NCBI GenBank assembly: GCA_902766125.1
Contig: CACXCG010000039.1
Span: forward strand, 5,674-69,673
Reading direction: 5' to 3'
DNA length: 64,000 bases
Source: an uncultured Spirochaetaceae bacterium
Lineage (GTDB): Bacteria > Spirochaetota > Spirochaetia > Treponematales > Treponemataceae
Shown: positions 16,981 through 25,720 of the stretch, one piece after another
Layout of the letters: each line of letters begins with the position of its first letter
How positions within the stretch are numbered: the stretch's first letter is position 1
The notes under the pieces: generated by a model
Seen by the model: only the letters and a program-made list of their open reading frames with translations
What the model was told of the DNA's origin: nothing
Databases searched by the model: none
Program-made: the position numbers and the translations under genes

Positions 16981-18002
16981 TTTCTTCCTCCCGCTTTGAA
17001 AGTTGATGCCGCTATCGTGAACAGAACTACTCCCTGAACAATACCGCTTATGTCAAACCCAAATCCCTGTGTAAGCGAAAGTAATTCTGCGGAATTAAAC
17101 AGCCACGCAAGTACCAGCGAAGAAAGAATCAGATATAATGGATGATTTGCAGCAATTAACGATGCGGTAAGTGCATTCCATCCCATGCCTGCATAAAAAC
17201 CTTTGTGACAGGTGTAGTATGTTCCGCAGACTGCAAAAAATCCCGTAAGTGCATGCAACGCTCCCGAAACTGCAAGCGTGCCAAAGGAATTTGCAGAAGA
17301 AGAAAAACCGCTGTACTTTGCAAACTCAGGTGCCGTTCCCCAGATGCTTAGCGCATGGCCTGTACGTGTGCGGAACAGCACCATGTATGTCAGGACTGCA
17401 AGAACAAGTGCAAGTATAAAACTTATGTTCAGCGGTGAAGGCGAAAGTAATCTTGAAAATTCAAACTGCTGCGGAATGTAGGGCAGGGCAAGCAGATTCT
17501 GTGTGCTGTCCTGTTTGCTTTTAGTAATTGCTCCGTCAATAAGCGGAATGACTGCTGCTGAAACCAAAAAAGAAGTAAGCAGTACCGATGCATTTCTTGT
17601 TTCTTTTAAAAATGAACTTACCAGTGTAAGTGCTGCCCCAGTAGCAACAGAAAGAATCAGTGCAAGCGTAAATACAAAAACCGGATGTGCATGAACGCTT
17701 GTCATAACAAGGCATGCCGTAAATCCGCCTGCATAAATTTGTCCTTCTCCGCCTAAGTTCATGTTTCCACTTTTTACTGCAACAGATGCTCCAAGACCCG
17801 CCGTCAGTAACAGCGCCATAGTATTTAACATGCTTCCTGCATAATAGACAGAACTGAATGTACCGGTAAAGAGTGTTCGTAATGCATCAGAAGCGTTTTG
17901 TGCACGAAGCAGAATAAGTATGACGCATACTGCAAGTCCTGCAAGTGGAGAAATGAGTGTGTATAAAATATTCAGATATTTTTTTGAAATGCTAAGGTGC
18001 AT
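16977..18002 (-). CDS. ABC transporter permease (BMP/nucleoside uptake type)
   Basis: Polytopic membrane protein. I prefer the start at MHLSISKKYL (18002). Confidence 0.8.
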   Translation of the reverse strand: MHLSISKKYLNILYTLISPLAGLAVCVILILLRAQNASDALRTLFTGTFSSVYYAGSMLNTMALLLTAGLGASVAVKSGNMNLGGEGQIYAGGFTACLVMTSVHAHPVFVFTLALILSVATGAALTLVSSFLKETRNASVLLTSFLVSAAVIPLIDGAITKSKQDSTQNLLALPYIPQQFEFSRLLSPSPLNISFILALVLAVLTYMVLFRTRTGHALSIWGTAPEFAKYSGFSSSANSFGTLAVSGALHALTGFFAVCGTYYTCHKGFYAGMGWNALTASLIAANHPLYLILSSLVLAWLFNSAELLSLTQGFGFDISGIVQGVVLFTIAASTFKAGGRK

Positions 18003-19360
18003 GTTCCTTCCTCCATCTGATAGACACGTGTGCAAATTGAAAGCGGGATATCTGCTGCTCCCAAAATTAAAACTGCTTTTCCGCTTTGTGCAAGCATAAT
18101 TATTTTTGAAGTAAGTGCTGCCTGAGATGCAACATCAAGACCCTGCATGGGATTGCACAGAATAAAAAAAGAACCGTCAAGAGACTGTTCCCGTGCTAGA
18201 ATAAGACGCTGTAACATTCCTCCGCTCAGTGCACGCACTTTTTCCGAAGGAGTAACGTCAATCTGAGCGTTTTTAATCAGTGTTTCTGCATCCAGTGGAG
18301 AACAGAACAGCATGTCGCTCACCGTAAGTTCCGGATTTGATCCGCGCATTTTTCTGTCAGACGGAACGATTGCAATTTTGTGTCTGCGCAAAAAGCGTGC
18401 CGTCAGTTTTTTCTTTTCAAGCTGTATGTGTTCTGTGTTTCCGGTTTCACTGCAGACGGTTATGCTTCCCTTTTGATTTTCTGACGAGAGCATGCCGCAG
18501 GTAAGTTCTTCCAGTGTTTCCAGTGCGCTTTCCTGCATTCCCATAACTGCGGTTATAGAACCGTAGTCAACGCATAGGTTTATGTTAAAAAGCGGTGCAA
18601 GATATTTTGGACGAGTACTTACGTCTTTCATAATAAAACAGGGTTTTGAACTAAGCTTTATATCTGTCTGTGCTGCGTGCGGAATGTCAAAAGTTGGTTT
18701 GTCGCAAAAGTCCCGTGCATTCTTGTATACCGTTTGAACTTTGCCTTCGTTTAAGACAGTTACGGTGTCTGCCTGTGTAGAAGCTTCTGCTGCACTGTGT
18801 GTAATTACAATGACCGTTACATGTTGTTCTGTCAGTGTGCGGAGTTTTTTGTATAAGTCTTTCCGTTCCTGTGCATCTAAAAACGCTGACGGTTCATCAA
18901 GAATTAAAAGTTTTGGTTTTTTGAGCAGTGCTTCAATGAGTGCCGTGTAGAACCGCTGGTTACCGCTTAAGTCATGTACGAGAGAGTGCGTGTTTAGAAA
19001 CGGTGCCCACTGAGTACAGGTGTTTTGAATTTCTTCTCTGGTAATTTTTTGTTGTATTGAAAGACGGATGTTCTGTTCTGCGGTCAGCTGAGGCGCAAGA
19101 AGCGGCGTCTGATGTACCAGCACAATTCCGTGTGCCAGTGCATCATGCGGTGTTTTAAAAGAAACTTCTGTTCCGTCTAAAAAAATGGAACCGCTGTCGG
19201 GTAAAAGTGAACCCGACAGAATGTTTACTAAGGTTGACTTTCCTGCTCCGTTTTGCCCGAAGAGTGCATGAATCTGTCCGCTTGCAAACTCAAGCGAAAT
19301 GTCATCAAGCACAGTCTTGCGGGGATACTGTTTGCATATATTACGGAGCGTTACGGTCAT
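17972..19360 (-). CDS. ABC transporter ATP-binding protein with tandem NBDs (the second is degenerate)
   Basis: NBD1 has GQNGAGKST, LSGNQ and LLILDEPS. NBD2 has the LSGGMLQR signature, but Walker A reads GMQESALE and Walker B reads FFILCNP. Confidence 0.85.
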   Translation of the reverse strand: MTVTLRNICKQYPRKTVLDDISLEFASGQIHALFGQNGAGKSTLVNILSGSLLPDSGSIFLDGTEVSFKTPHDALAHGIVLVHQTPLLAPQLTAEQNIRLSIQQKITREEIQNTCTQWAPFLNTHSLVHDLSGNQRFYTALIEALLKKPKLLILDEPSAFLDAQERKDLYKKLRTLTEQHVTVIVITHSAAEASTQADTVTVLNEGKVQTVYKNARDFCDKPTFDIPHAAQTDIKLSSKPCFIMKDVSTRPKYLAPLFNINLCVDYGSITAVMGMQESALETLEELTCGMLSSENQKGSITVCSETGNTEHIQLEKKKLTARFLRRHKIAIVPSDRKMRGSNPELTVSDMLFCSPLDAETLIKNAQIDVTPSEKVRALSGGMLQRLILAREQSLDGSFFILCNPMQGLDVASQAALTSKIIMLAQSGKAVLILGAADIPLSICTRVYQMEEGTCTLAFQKNI

Positions 19361-19363
19361 AGT

Positions 19364-20386
19364 TTACAGCTGCGGTACCTTAAATGTTCCGTCCTTCAGC
19401 GAAGTAATGAGTTCATTCATTTTGCTGCGGATGTTCTGTGGAACTGTCTGTTCGTAGAGCGGATCATCGGTAATAAATTCAATGTATCCGTCAGTAAAGC
19501 CAACAACTTTTGTCGTGCCCCATGCAGTGTTTCCTGCAAGGTAAGCGAGTGTTGTTTCTTTTGCTGCCTGCTGCTGCTTTACCATACAGCACGAAATGAT
19601 TACGCCCGGTGCTTTTGCAAATGCATTTTCATCAAACCAGGTCAGATTGATGTTGTGTTCTTTTGCAGAAGAAATAACGCCCTGTGAAGCGCCTCCGCAG
19701 ATTGGAAGAATAACGTCAACTCCGGTAGCATACATTGCATCGGTAAGTTCTGCTCCTTTGGCACCGTCATACCAGTTTCCCACCAGACGGAAGTCGCAGG
19801 TTGTTCCGCTTACTGCATCAGATGCACCCTTTGCGAAATACGGATGCAGTATGTTGTTCATAACCGGATATTCCTGTGCAGCAATCAAGCCGACTTTGTG
19901 TGATTTTGAAACCAGGCCTGCAATGTATCCGCTTAAGTACGACTGAACGGTCTGATCGTAACTGATACATGCCATGCTGCTGTTTCCGTCAAGTGCTGCA
20001 TCAAGAAAAATAAATTTCTGATCAGGAAAGCGTTTGGTAAGCGGCTGTGCAATTTCTGGAAGTGAAGGATTTGACGAAATGATAACACCATACGTTCCTG
20101 CTGCTGCAAGAGAAGTAAGTTTTGTTGCCCATTCTGCCTGATTAGTTCCGGCTTCCATTACATAGACTTCTGCTTTTTCCTGTCCGTCTGAAAGTGATGC
20201 ATTGTATTGTTCTGCTGCATCCTGTATTCCGCGTGCAAGATTTGCATAAATGGGAGAGTCTGCCATAATGCCGGGAATGAAAACTGCAATAGAAGTTGTT
20301 TTGCGCTGTTCTTTTCCTGAACATGCACAGAAAAGGGCTGGCAGTAACAGTGCTGCCGCAGTAAGTGAAAGAATTTTTTTATTCAT
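19364..20386 (-). CDS. BMP-family (PnrA/TmpC/Med-like) substrate-binding lipoprotein
   Basis: MNKKILSLTAAALLLPALFCACSG is a lipoprotein signal. The remainder looks like a BMP-family periplasmic binding fold. An AGAGG SD precedes the ATG at 20386. Confidence 0.85.
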   Translation of the reverse strand: MNKKILSLTAAALLLPALFCACSGKEQRKTTSIAVFIPGIMADSPIYANLARGIQDAAEQYNASLSDGQEKAEVYVMEAGTNQAEWATKLTSLAAAGTYGVIISSNPSLPEIAQPLTKRFPDQKFIFLDAALDGNSSMACISYDQTVQSYLSGYIAGLVSKSHKVGLIAAQEYPVMNNILHPYFAKGASDAVSGTTCDFRLVGNWYDGAKGAELTDAMYATGVDVILPICGGASQGVISSAKEHNINLTWFDENAFAKAPGVIISCCMVKQQQAAKETTLAYLAGNTAWGTTKVVGFTDGYIEFITDDPLYEQTVPQNIRSKMNELITSLKDGTFKVPQL

Positions 20387-20406
20387 GATATACCTCTTGG
20401 GAAAAT

Positions 20407-20448
20407 ATAGTTTTATATAAAACAAAAGTCAATAGTTTTATATAAAAC
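20407..20448. promoter_or_regulatory. Tandem 17-nt repeat ATAGTTTTATATAAAAC (20407-20423 and 20432-20448). Each copy contains the 14-bp perfect palindrome GTTTTATATAAAAC. Candidate MarR operator pair.
   Basis: Two identical copies 25 bp apart, lying between the MarR stop codon and the BMP lipoprotein start. Confidence 0.6.
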
Positions 20449-20891
20449 TAATTCTCGAGGTTAAGGCTTTTTTCTATATTCTGGTTTACTTTGTTCAGAA
20501 GCGAAAGAAGCTGCTGTTTTTCATCCTTTGAGAACCCCTGATAGCAGACAGAAAGCAAATCCTCAGAGATGGAAGAGGTAAGTTCCTTGTATTTTTTTCC
20601 TTTTGCCGTAAGTGAAATAAGCCGTACTCTGCTGTCCTGTTCGGAAGGAGTTATTTTTACTAAGTCTTCTGCAAGCAGTTTTTTGACAAGTACCGTTGTA
20701 GTTGATTTGTCGCGGTTTATGCAGGAGGCAAGCTGGGACATGCTCATGGTTTCGTTTTGCGCTAACTGAAACAGAATGAATCCGTGTGAGGAAATAAGAT
20801 TTTTCTGTGAAAGCCTGCGGTTAGTAAATTCTGCACTGATGCTGTGAATGTGCGAAATTAAAGAAAGCACCTTTTGAACTGAATATTCCAT
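20448..20891 (-). CDS. MarR-family transcriptional regulator
   Basis: HGFILFQLAQNETMSMSQLASCINRDKSTTTVLVKKLLAEDLVKITPSEQDSRVRLISLTAKG is the MarR wHTH. The start could be 20891 or 20897. Confidence 0.85.
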   Translation of the reverse strand: MEYSVQKVLSLISHIHSISAEFTNRRLSQKNLISSHGFILFQLAQNETMSMSQLASCINRDKSTTTVLVKKLLAEDLVKITPSEQDSRVRLISLTAKGKKYKELTSSISEDLLSVCYQGFSKDEKQQLLSLLNKVNQNIEKSLNLEN

Positions 20892-20950
20892 GTGCATAGT
20901 TTATCATGTTTATTGTTGACTGCAAAGGGCGATTGGAGTACAGTATACCC

Positions 20951-21778
20951 ATGTTTGGATTTTTTTTGAAAAAGAACTTCTGTGATGTCTGGGACAATAT
21001 GTTCCATCTGGTTATTTTAAATCTGTTTCTTCTGGCATGTATTGCTGCCTCAGTTGCATTTGTAATTTTTTCCGTTTATATTCCCGGCCCTGAAGAGATA
21101 AAAGTTCTGTATCAGATAGTGGCATTCTTTATTGCGTGTGCACTGCTTGGTGTGCTTGTGTTTGCAGAAGGAGAAAATGCCGCAAAGATTGCTGACTTTG
21201 GAACGCCCAAACTAAAGGATTACTTTTTGAACATTGTTCCGTCCATAAAAGATGGAGCCGCATTTGGCCTGTTCATTGGAATACTGACAGCGGTTGCAAC
21301 GGTAAGTGTTCCGTTTTATTTTCGTGTCTGGATTCCTGCTGATGGTAGTGAAGGTTCTGTCATTGGGCTTGTTCTGCTTATGGTGGTGTTCTGGGCTGTG
21401 TTCATAACGGTTATGGCCTTGCAGTGGTTTTTGCCGATTAGAAGCATCATGCACAATCCGTTTATAAAATGCCTTAAAAAATGCTACATCCTCTTTTTTG
21501 ATAATGCTGGATTTACGTTTGCACTTTTTCTGAGCAACATTGTACGCCTTATTATTACCTGTTTTACGCTTGGCATTATTCCCAGCATTAACGGTATAAC
21601 GCTTGCAAATACCAATGCACTCAGACTGCGCCTGTATAAGTATGACTGGATCGAAGTCAATCCCGGACTTACCAAAGAACAGCTGAAACAGGTTCCATGG
21701 GACGAACTGCTGCAAAACGATAAAAATACGCTTGGTCCGCGCAAACTAAAATCATTCTTCTTTCCCTGGAAAGACTAG
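20951..21778 (+). CDS. Integral membrane protein, function unknown (YesL/DUF624-like appearance)
   Basis: About 6 hydrophobic helices. It is divergent from the MarR gene. I prefer the start at MFGFFLKK. Confidence 0.6.
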   Translation: MFGFFLKKNFCDVWDNMFHLVILNLFLLACIAASVAFVIFSVYIPGPEEIKVLYQIVAFFIACALLGVLVFAEGENAAKIADFGTPKLKDYFLNIVPSIKDGAAFGLFIGILTAVATVSVPFYFRVWIPADGSEGSVIGLVLLMVVFWAVFITVMALQWFLPIRSIMHNPFIKCLKKCYILFFDNAGFTFALFLSNIVRLIITCFTLGIIPSINGITLANTNALRLRLYKYDWIEVNPGLTKEQLKQVPWDELLQNDKNTLGPRKLKSFFFPWKD

Positions 21779-21882
21779 GTTTTGCTTTATAAATGTAAAG
21801 TGTTTTTCCCTTCCTCTTTGTGGTAAACTGTCGCCATTATTATGTAAGCCGTCGCACTCCAGCGGCGGTAAGGAGTTATTGT

Positions 21883-23346
21883 ATGGCAAAAACAGTGTCG
21901 GATCCACACGCATGTACGTTGGACAAAATCATTTCATTGTGCAAACGCCGTGGCTTTGTCTATCAGGCAAGTGAAATCTATGGCGGTCAGGCAGGTGCAT
22001 GGGACTACGGTCCTCTGGGCGTAGAGTTCAAGCGCAACATTCAGAACGCATGGTGGCACTACATGGTTCAGCGTCACGATGATGTTGTTGGTCTGGACAG
22101 TGCAATTTTCCAGCATCACAAAACCTGGGAAGCATCTGGTCACGTTGCACACTTCTCAGATCCGATGATTGACTGTACTGAATGCAAGGCACGTTTCCGC
22201 GCAGATCAGCTTATTGAAGACTTTGTAAAAAACAATCCTGATAAAGATCCCGGAAAACCGGTTGATACAATGACACATGAAGAGATGAAAGCATTTATCG
22301 ATGCCAACATCAACTGTCCTACCTGTGGAAGCAAAGAACGCAAGTACACTGCAGTCCGCGAGTTTAACCTGATGTTTAAAACCTTCCAGGGACCTGTTGC
22401 AGATGAAGCTCACCTGATTTATCTTCGTCCTGAAACCTGCCAGGGTATTTTTACTGATTTTAAGAATATCGTTCAGTCTAACCGCATGAAGATTCCGTTT
22501 GGAGTTGCACAGGTTGGTAAATCATTCCGCAATGAAATCATCTTCAAGAACTTTATTTTCCGTACCTGCGAATTTGAACAGATGGAAATGGAATACTTCT
22601 GCAAACCCGGTACTGATGACGAAATCTTCCAGAACTGGCGCAACGAACGCTGGGAATTCTACAAGAAGTATGGTATTGCAGAAAAAAATCTTGCATGGCA
22701 TCACCACGACAAGCTGGCTCACTATGCAAAAGATGCGTATGATATTCAGTACAACTTCCCCATCGGTTTTGAAGAGATTGAAGGTATCCATAACCGCACC
22801 GACTTTGACTTAAGTCAGCATACAAAGACAAGCGGCAAAGATATGGACTACATGGATCAGGACGACGGAAACAACAAGTACACTCCGTATGTTATTGAAA
22901 CTTCTGCAGGTCTTAACCGCAACTTCCTTGCATTCCTGTGTGAAGCATACGAAGAACAGAATGTTGGTACCGACGGTAAAGATGATTACCGCACAGTCCT
23001 TCACCTGCATCCGAAACTGGCACCGGTAACGGTTGCTGTTCTTCCGCTGATGAAAAAAGATGGTCTTGCAGAAAAAGCACAGGAAGTAAAAGACAGCCTT
23101 ACTGAAGAATTTGTTACCGACTATGATCAGAGCGGCACTGTTGGAAAACGCTATCGCCGTCAGGATGAAGTTGGTACTCCGTTCTGTGTTACTGTTGACT
23201 ATGATACAGTCACTGCAGACAGTCCCAACTTTGGAACGGTAACTGTTCGTGACCGTGACACTATGGAACAGCAGCGCGTTAAGATTTCTGAACTTTCAGG
23301 ATTCATTCATAACGCAATCAGCAACTGGAAACCTGTACAGAGATAG
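21883..23346 (+). CDS. glyQS: Glycine--tRNA ligase (homodimeric alpha2 type)
   Basis: IISLCKRRGFVYQASEIYGG...YLRPETCQGIF...FRNEI are class II motifs. An AAGGAG SD lies 8 nt upstream of the ATG at 21883. Confidence 0.9.
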   Translation: MAKTVSDPHACTLDKIISLCKRRGFVYQASEIYGGQAGAWDYGPLGVEFKRNIQNAWWHYMVQRHDDVVGLDSAIFQHHKTWEASGHVAHFSDPMIDCTECKARFRADQLIEDFVKNNPDKDPGKPVDTMTHEEMKAFIDANINCPTCGSKERKYTAVREFNLMFKTFQGPVADEAHLIYLRPETCQGIFTDFKNIVQSNRMKIPFGVAQVGKSFRNEIIFKNFIFRTCEFEQMEMEYFCKPGTDDEIFQNWRNERWEFYKKYGIAEKNLAWHHHDKLAHYAKDAYDIQYNFPIGFEEIEGIHNRTDFDLSQHTKTSGKDMDYMDQDDGNNKYTPYVIETSAGLNRNFLAFLCEAYEEQNVGTDGKDDYRTVLHLHPKLAPVTVAVLPLMKKDGLAEKAQEVKDSLTEEFVTDYDQSGTVGKRYRRQDEVGTPFCVTVDYDTVTADSPNFGTVTVRDRDTMEQQRVKISELSGFIHNAISNWKPVQR

Positions 23347-23347
23347 T

Positions 23348-24130
23348 ATGGAATTTGTCATTCTGGGTCGAACAAATCTTCTCGTCAGCAGAACCGCCTT
23401 TGGTGCAATGAGTCTTGACTGCAAGGAAATTGAAGCCTTTGGCGAAGAGGCTGATGAGAAGGCCTGTGCGATTGTACGTCAGGCTTACGAGTCCGGAATG
23501 AATTTCTTTGACACATCCCGCAGTTCTCCGGTGTGCGAAAAAAGACTGGGCGCAGCTTTGCACGGTATACGGCATAATGTCATGCTTGCTACAAAGACCG
23601 CTCAGTCTTCTCCGCAGGAAATCCGGCAGGACCTGCACGAAAGTTTACTTGCACTTGAATCAGATTATGTTGATTTATATCAGCTTGAAAATCCGAAAGT
23701 GCTTCCGCAAAAAGACGGACGCGATGGAATTTACAACTGCCTTTTAAAACTTCAGTCGCAGAAATTAATCAGACATTTTGGAATTGCAACCGACGATGTG
23801 GACATTGCCAGAGAAGCAGTGCTGAGCGGTCTGTATGAAACGGTTCAGTTTCCGTTCAATGTGCTTACCGATGACGCAGCAATTCAGCTGGTAACGCTTT
23901 GCAAAGAACATGATGTTGGATGTATTGCCATGCAGCCTTTGTGCGGCGGCGTGCTGAGTAACATTCCGTTAGCGTTTGGTTTTCTGCATCAGTTTGAACA
24001 CGTAGTTCCGGTGTGGGGAGTCCATACGCAGGAAGAATTGGGACAAGTGCTTTACTTTGAAGCTCATCCGCCTGTAATTGACGAACAGTTTACGGCAGAA
24101 GTTGAACGCGTGCGTCAGTTCTTTAATTAG
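23348..24130 (+). CDS. Aldo/keto reductase family oxidoreductase
   Basis: RTNLLVSRTAFGAMSL...GMNFFDTSRSS...DLYQLEN is the AKR pattern. The start is at MEFVILG (23348), directly after the glyQS stop. Confidence 0.75.
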   Translation: MEFVILGRTNLLVSRTAFGAMSLDCKEIEAFGEEADEKACAIVRQAYESGMNFFDTSRSSPVCEKRLGAALHGIRHNVMLATKTAQSSPQEIRQDLHESLLALESDYVDLYQLENPKVLPQKDGRDGIYNCLLKLQSQKLIRHFGIATDDVDIAREAVLSGLYETVQFPFNVLTDDAAIQLVTLCKEHDVGCIAMQPLCGGVLSNIPLAFGFLHQFEHVVPVWGVHTQEELGQVLYFEAHPPVIDEQFTAEVERVRQFFN

Positions 24131-25490
24131 ATTCCTGCGTGTTTTCCTGATTGCTGATTGCCTTTAATACATCATCAGATTCAGTTTTATTCATTACGCG
24201 TATAATTTTAAGCTGTGCGTCGTTTGTCTGTACGGTTTTAATGCTTCCGTCTTCATTCTTTTCTCCGATTATCTGAACAATCGGATTTCGCTGATTAGCC
24301 GGGTTAACATCAACAACCTGTGCAATTTTTCCGTTTGCAAGATAGACGTATGCACCAATAGGATACAGAGAAACAGTGTAGAGTAATGCTTTTACAACGG
24401 TATCATCATACTGATGGTTTGCATTCTTAAGCAGTTCGACGATTGCATCAAATGTTGTGTGTGCGTCTCTGAAGTGGCGCGGTGCAGAAATTGCTTCGTA
24501 AGAACAGGCGACTGCAATAATCTTTGCGTATAGAGAAATCTTTTCTGAGGTAAGGTGGCGCGGATAACCGTTTCCTGTTTCGCGTTCATGATGTTCCAGA
24601 ACTCCAAGCTGAATTGAAAGCGGGAAGTTTGCATCCTTAACAACGTTGTACCCCAGGACAGTGTGAGTTGTCATCTGTGCGTATTCTGTAGCGCTTAACG
24701 GTTTGCTGTTCATGTACAGCTGCGGCGGTAAGCGAATCATACCAATTTCATGCAGCATACAGGCAATGCCCAGTTCTACCAGTTTTTCCTGCGGCATGTG
24801 AAGCTGTAAACCGATTGCAATTGCAATGATGGTTGAGCGCATACTGTGACTTATGAGGAAGTTTTTATTTCGTGCTTCAAGTGTTGGCGTGATGCGCAGT
24901 AAGTATCTGCAGTGATCGCGTTCATACTTGTACAGTTCCTGCATCATTCTGCAGATTTCTTCATAGTCAAGATCACGGTGAGTAGCGTAATGTGTGTAAA
25001 TAGCTTTTATGTACTCAGAGAAACCGTCGTATACAACCTGAACTTCTTCCATGCGCTCTGCTTCTGTTTTCACAGGCATAGTGTGCGCTTTCTTTAATGC
25101 ATCCAGGAAGATATAAGAGTAATCAACTTTTACATGAGGCTTTGGCGGCGGAACAGGCTGTGCTGCTGCAGGTGCTGCACTCTTCTGTGTTATACCTAAT
25201 TCATCGTCGAATGAAACTTCTTCAAATCCATTTTGAATCTGCTGTTTCTTTTCTGCACTTAACTCTGGTGCCGGCTTTTCTTCTACGACTTTGGGAGCTG
25301 GCTGTGTAGCTGCAACTTCACATATATTTCCGTCCAGAATAAATTTGTCAAAACTCCACTCCCGTAAGCTTTTCAGGACTTCTTCGGTAAGCGGACATGC
25401 GACGGATGTAACGAGGAATAGTTTGTCAATTTTTAAGTCTTCCTTGAAAAAGGAATCCGGTTTTAAATCTGAAACTTCTACGTTAGTCAT
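24123..25490 (-). CDS. HD-GYP domain protein (probable c-di-GMP phosphodiesterase) with an uncharacterised N-terminal region
   Basis: The HD motif is CMLHEIGM, and HHERETGNGYPRHL is the GYP motif. A GAGG SD lies 6 nt before the ATG at 25490. Confidence 0.8.
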   Translation of the reverse strand: MTNVEVSDLKPDSFFKEDLKIDKLFLVTSVACPLTEEVLKSLREWSFDKFILDGNICEVAATQPAPKVVEEKPAPELSAEKKQQIQNGFEEVSFDDELGITQKSAAPAAAQPVPPPKPHVKVDYSYIFLDALKKAHTMPVKTEAERMEEVQVVYDGFSEYIKAIYTHYATHRDLDYEEICRMMQELYKYERDHCRYLLRITPTLEARNKNFLISHSMRSTIIAIAIGLQLHMPQEKLVELGIACMLHEIGMIRLPPQLYMNSKPLSATEYAQMTTHTVLGYNVVKDANFPLSIQLGVLEHHERETGNGYPRHLTSEKISLYAKIIAVACSYEAISAPRHFRDAHTTFDAIVELLKNANHQYDDTVVKALLYTVSLYPIGAYVYLANGKIAQVVDVNPANQRNPIVQIIGEKNEDGSIKTVQTNDAQLKIIRVMNKTESDDVLKAISNQENTQESN

Positions 25491-25555
25491 AGGATGCCTC
25501 ATTTCCTTATCGGCACAAACTGCGAAAATCTATACTGTAAATATTTATAAGGGTG

Positions 25556-25590
25556 AAAAAAAAAAGAACCAAAGCTTAAGCTCCGGTTCC
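25556..25590 (-). terminator. Strong Rho-independent terminator (bidirectional geometry)
   Basis: On the minus strand the stem is GGAACCGGAGCTT / AAGCTTTGGTTC, followed by a T10 run. It lies 130 nt downstream of the maf stop. Confidence 0.8.
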
Positions 25591-25720
25591 TTTTACAGGA
25601 GATATGAAGAAAGCATCCTCTTTCAGCCGTCTGGATGTCTTGCGACCGTCCGTCAAAGAATGTTTTTAATCAATCACATTTTTATTATCGGTGGTGGCTG
25701 CAAAAAGGTTGAGTGTTTTT

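Noticed and set aside
21779-21882. T-box leader upstream of glyQS (and likewise upstream of lysS at 14498-14545)
   Set aside because: The leaders are only about 100 nt and about 48 nt, far shorter than a T-box (over 200 nt). No T-box sequence or specifier-loop architecture is visible.
25601-25666. 21-aa plus-strand micro-ORF (MKKASSFSRLDVLRPSVKECF) after an AGGAG
   Set aside because: The SD-to-ATG spacing is only 2 nt. It lies inside the 3' UTR of the minus-strand maf gene, and I cannot assess its conservation.
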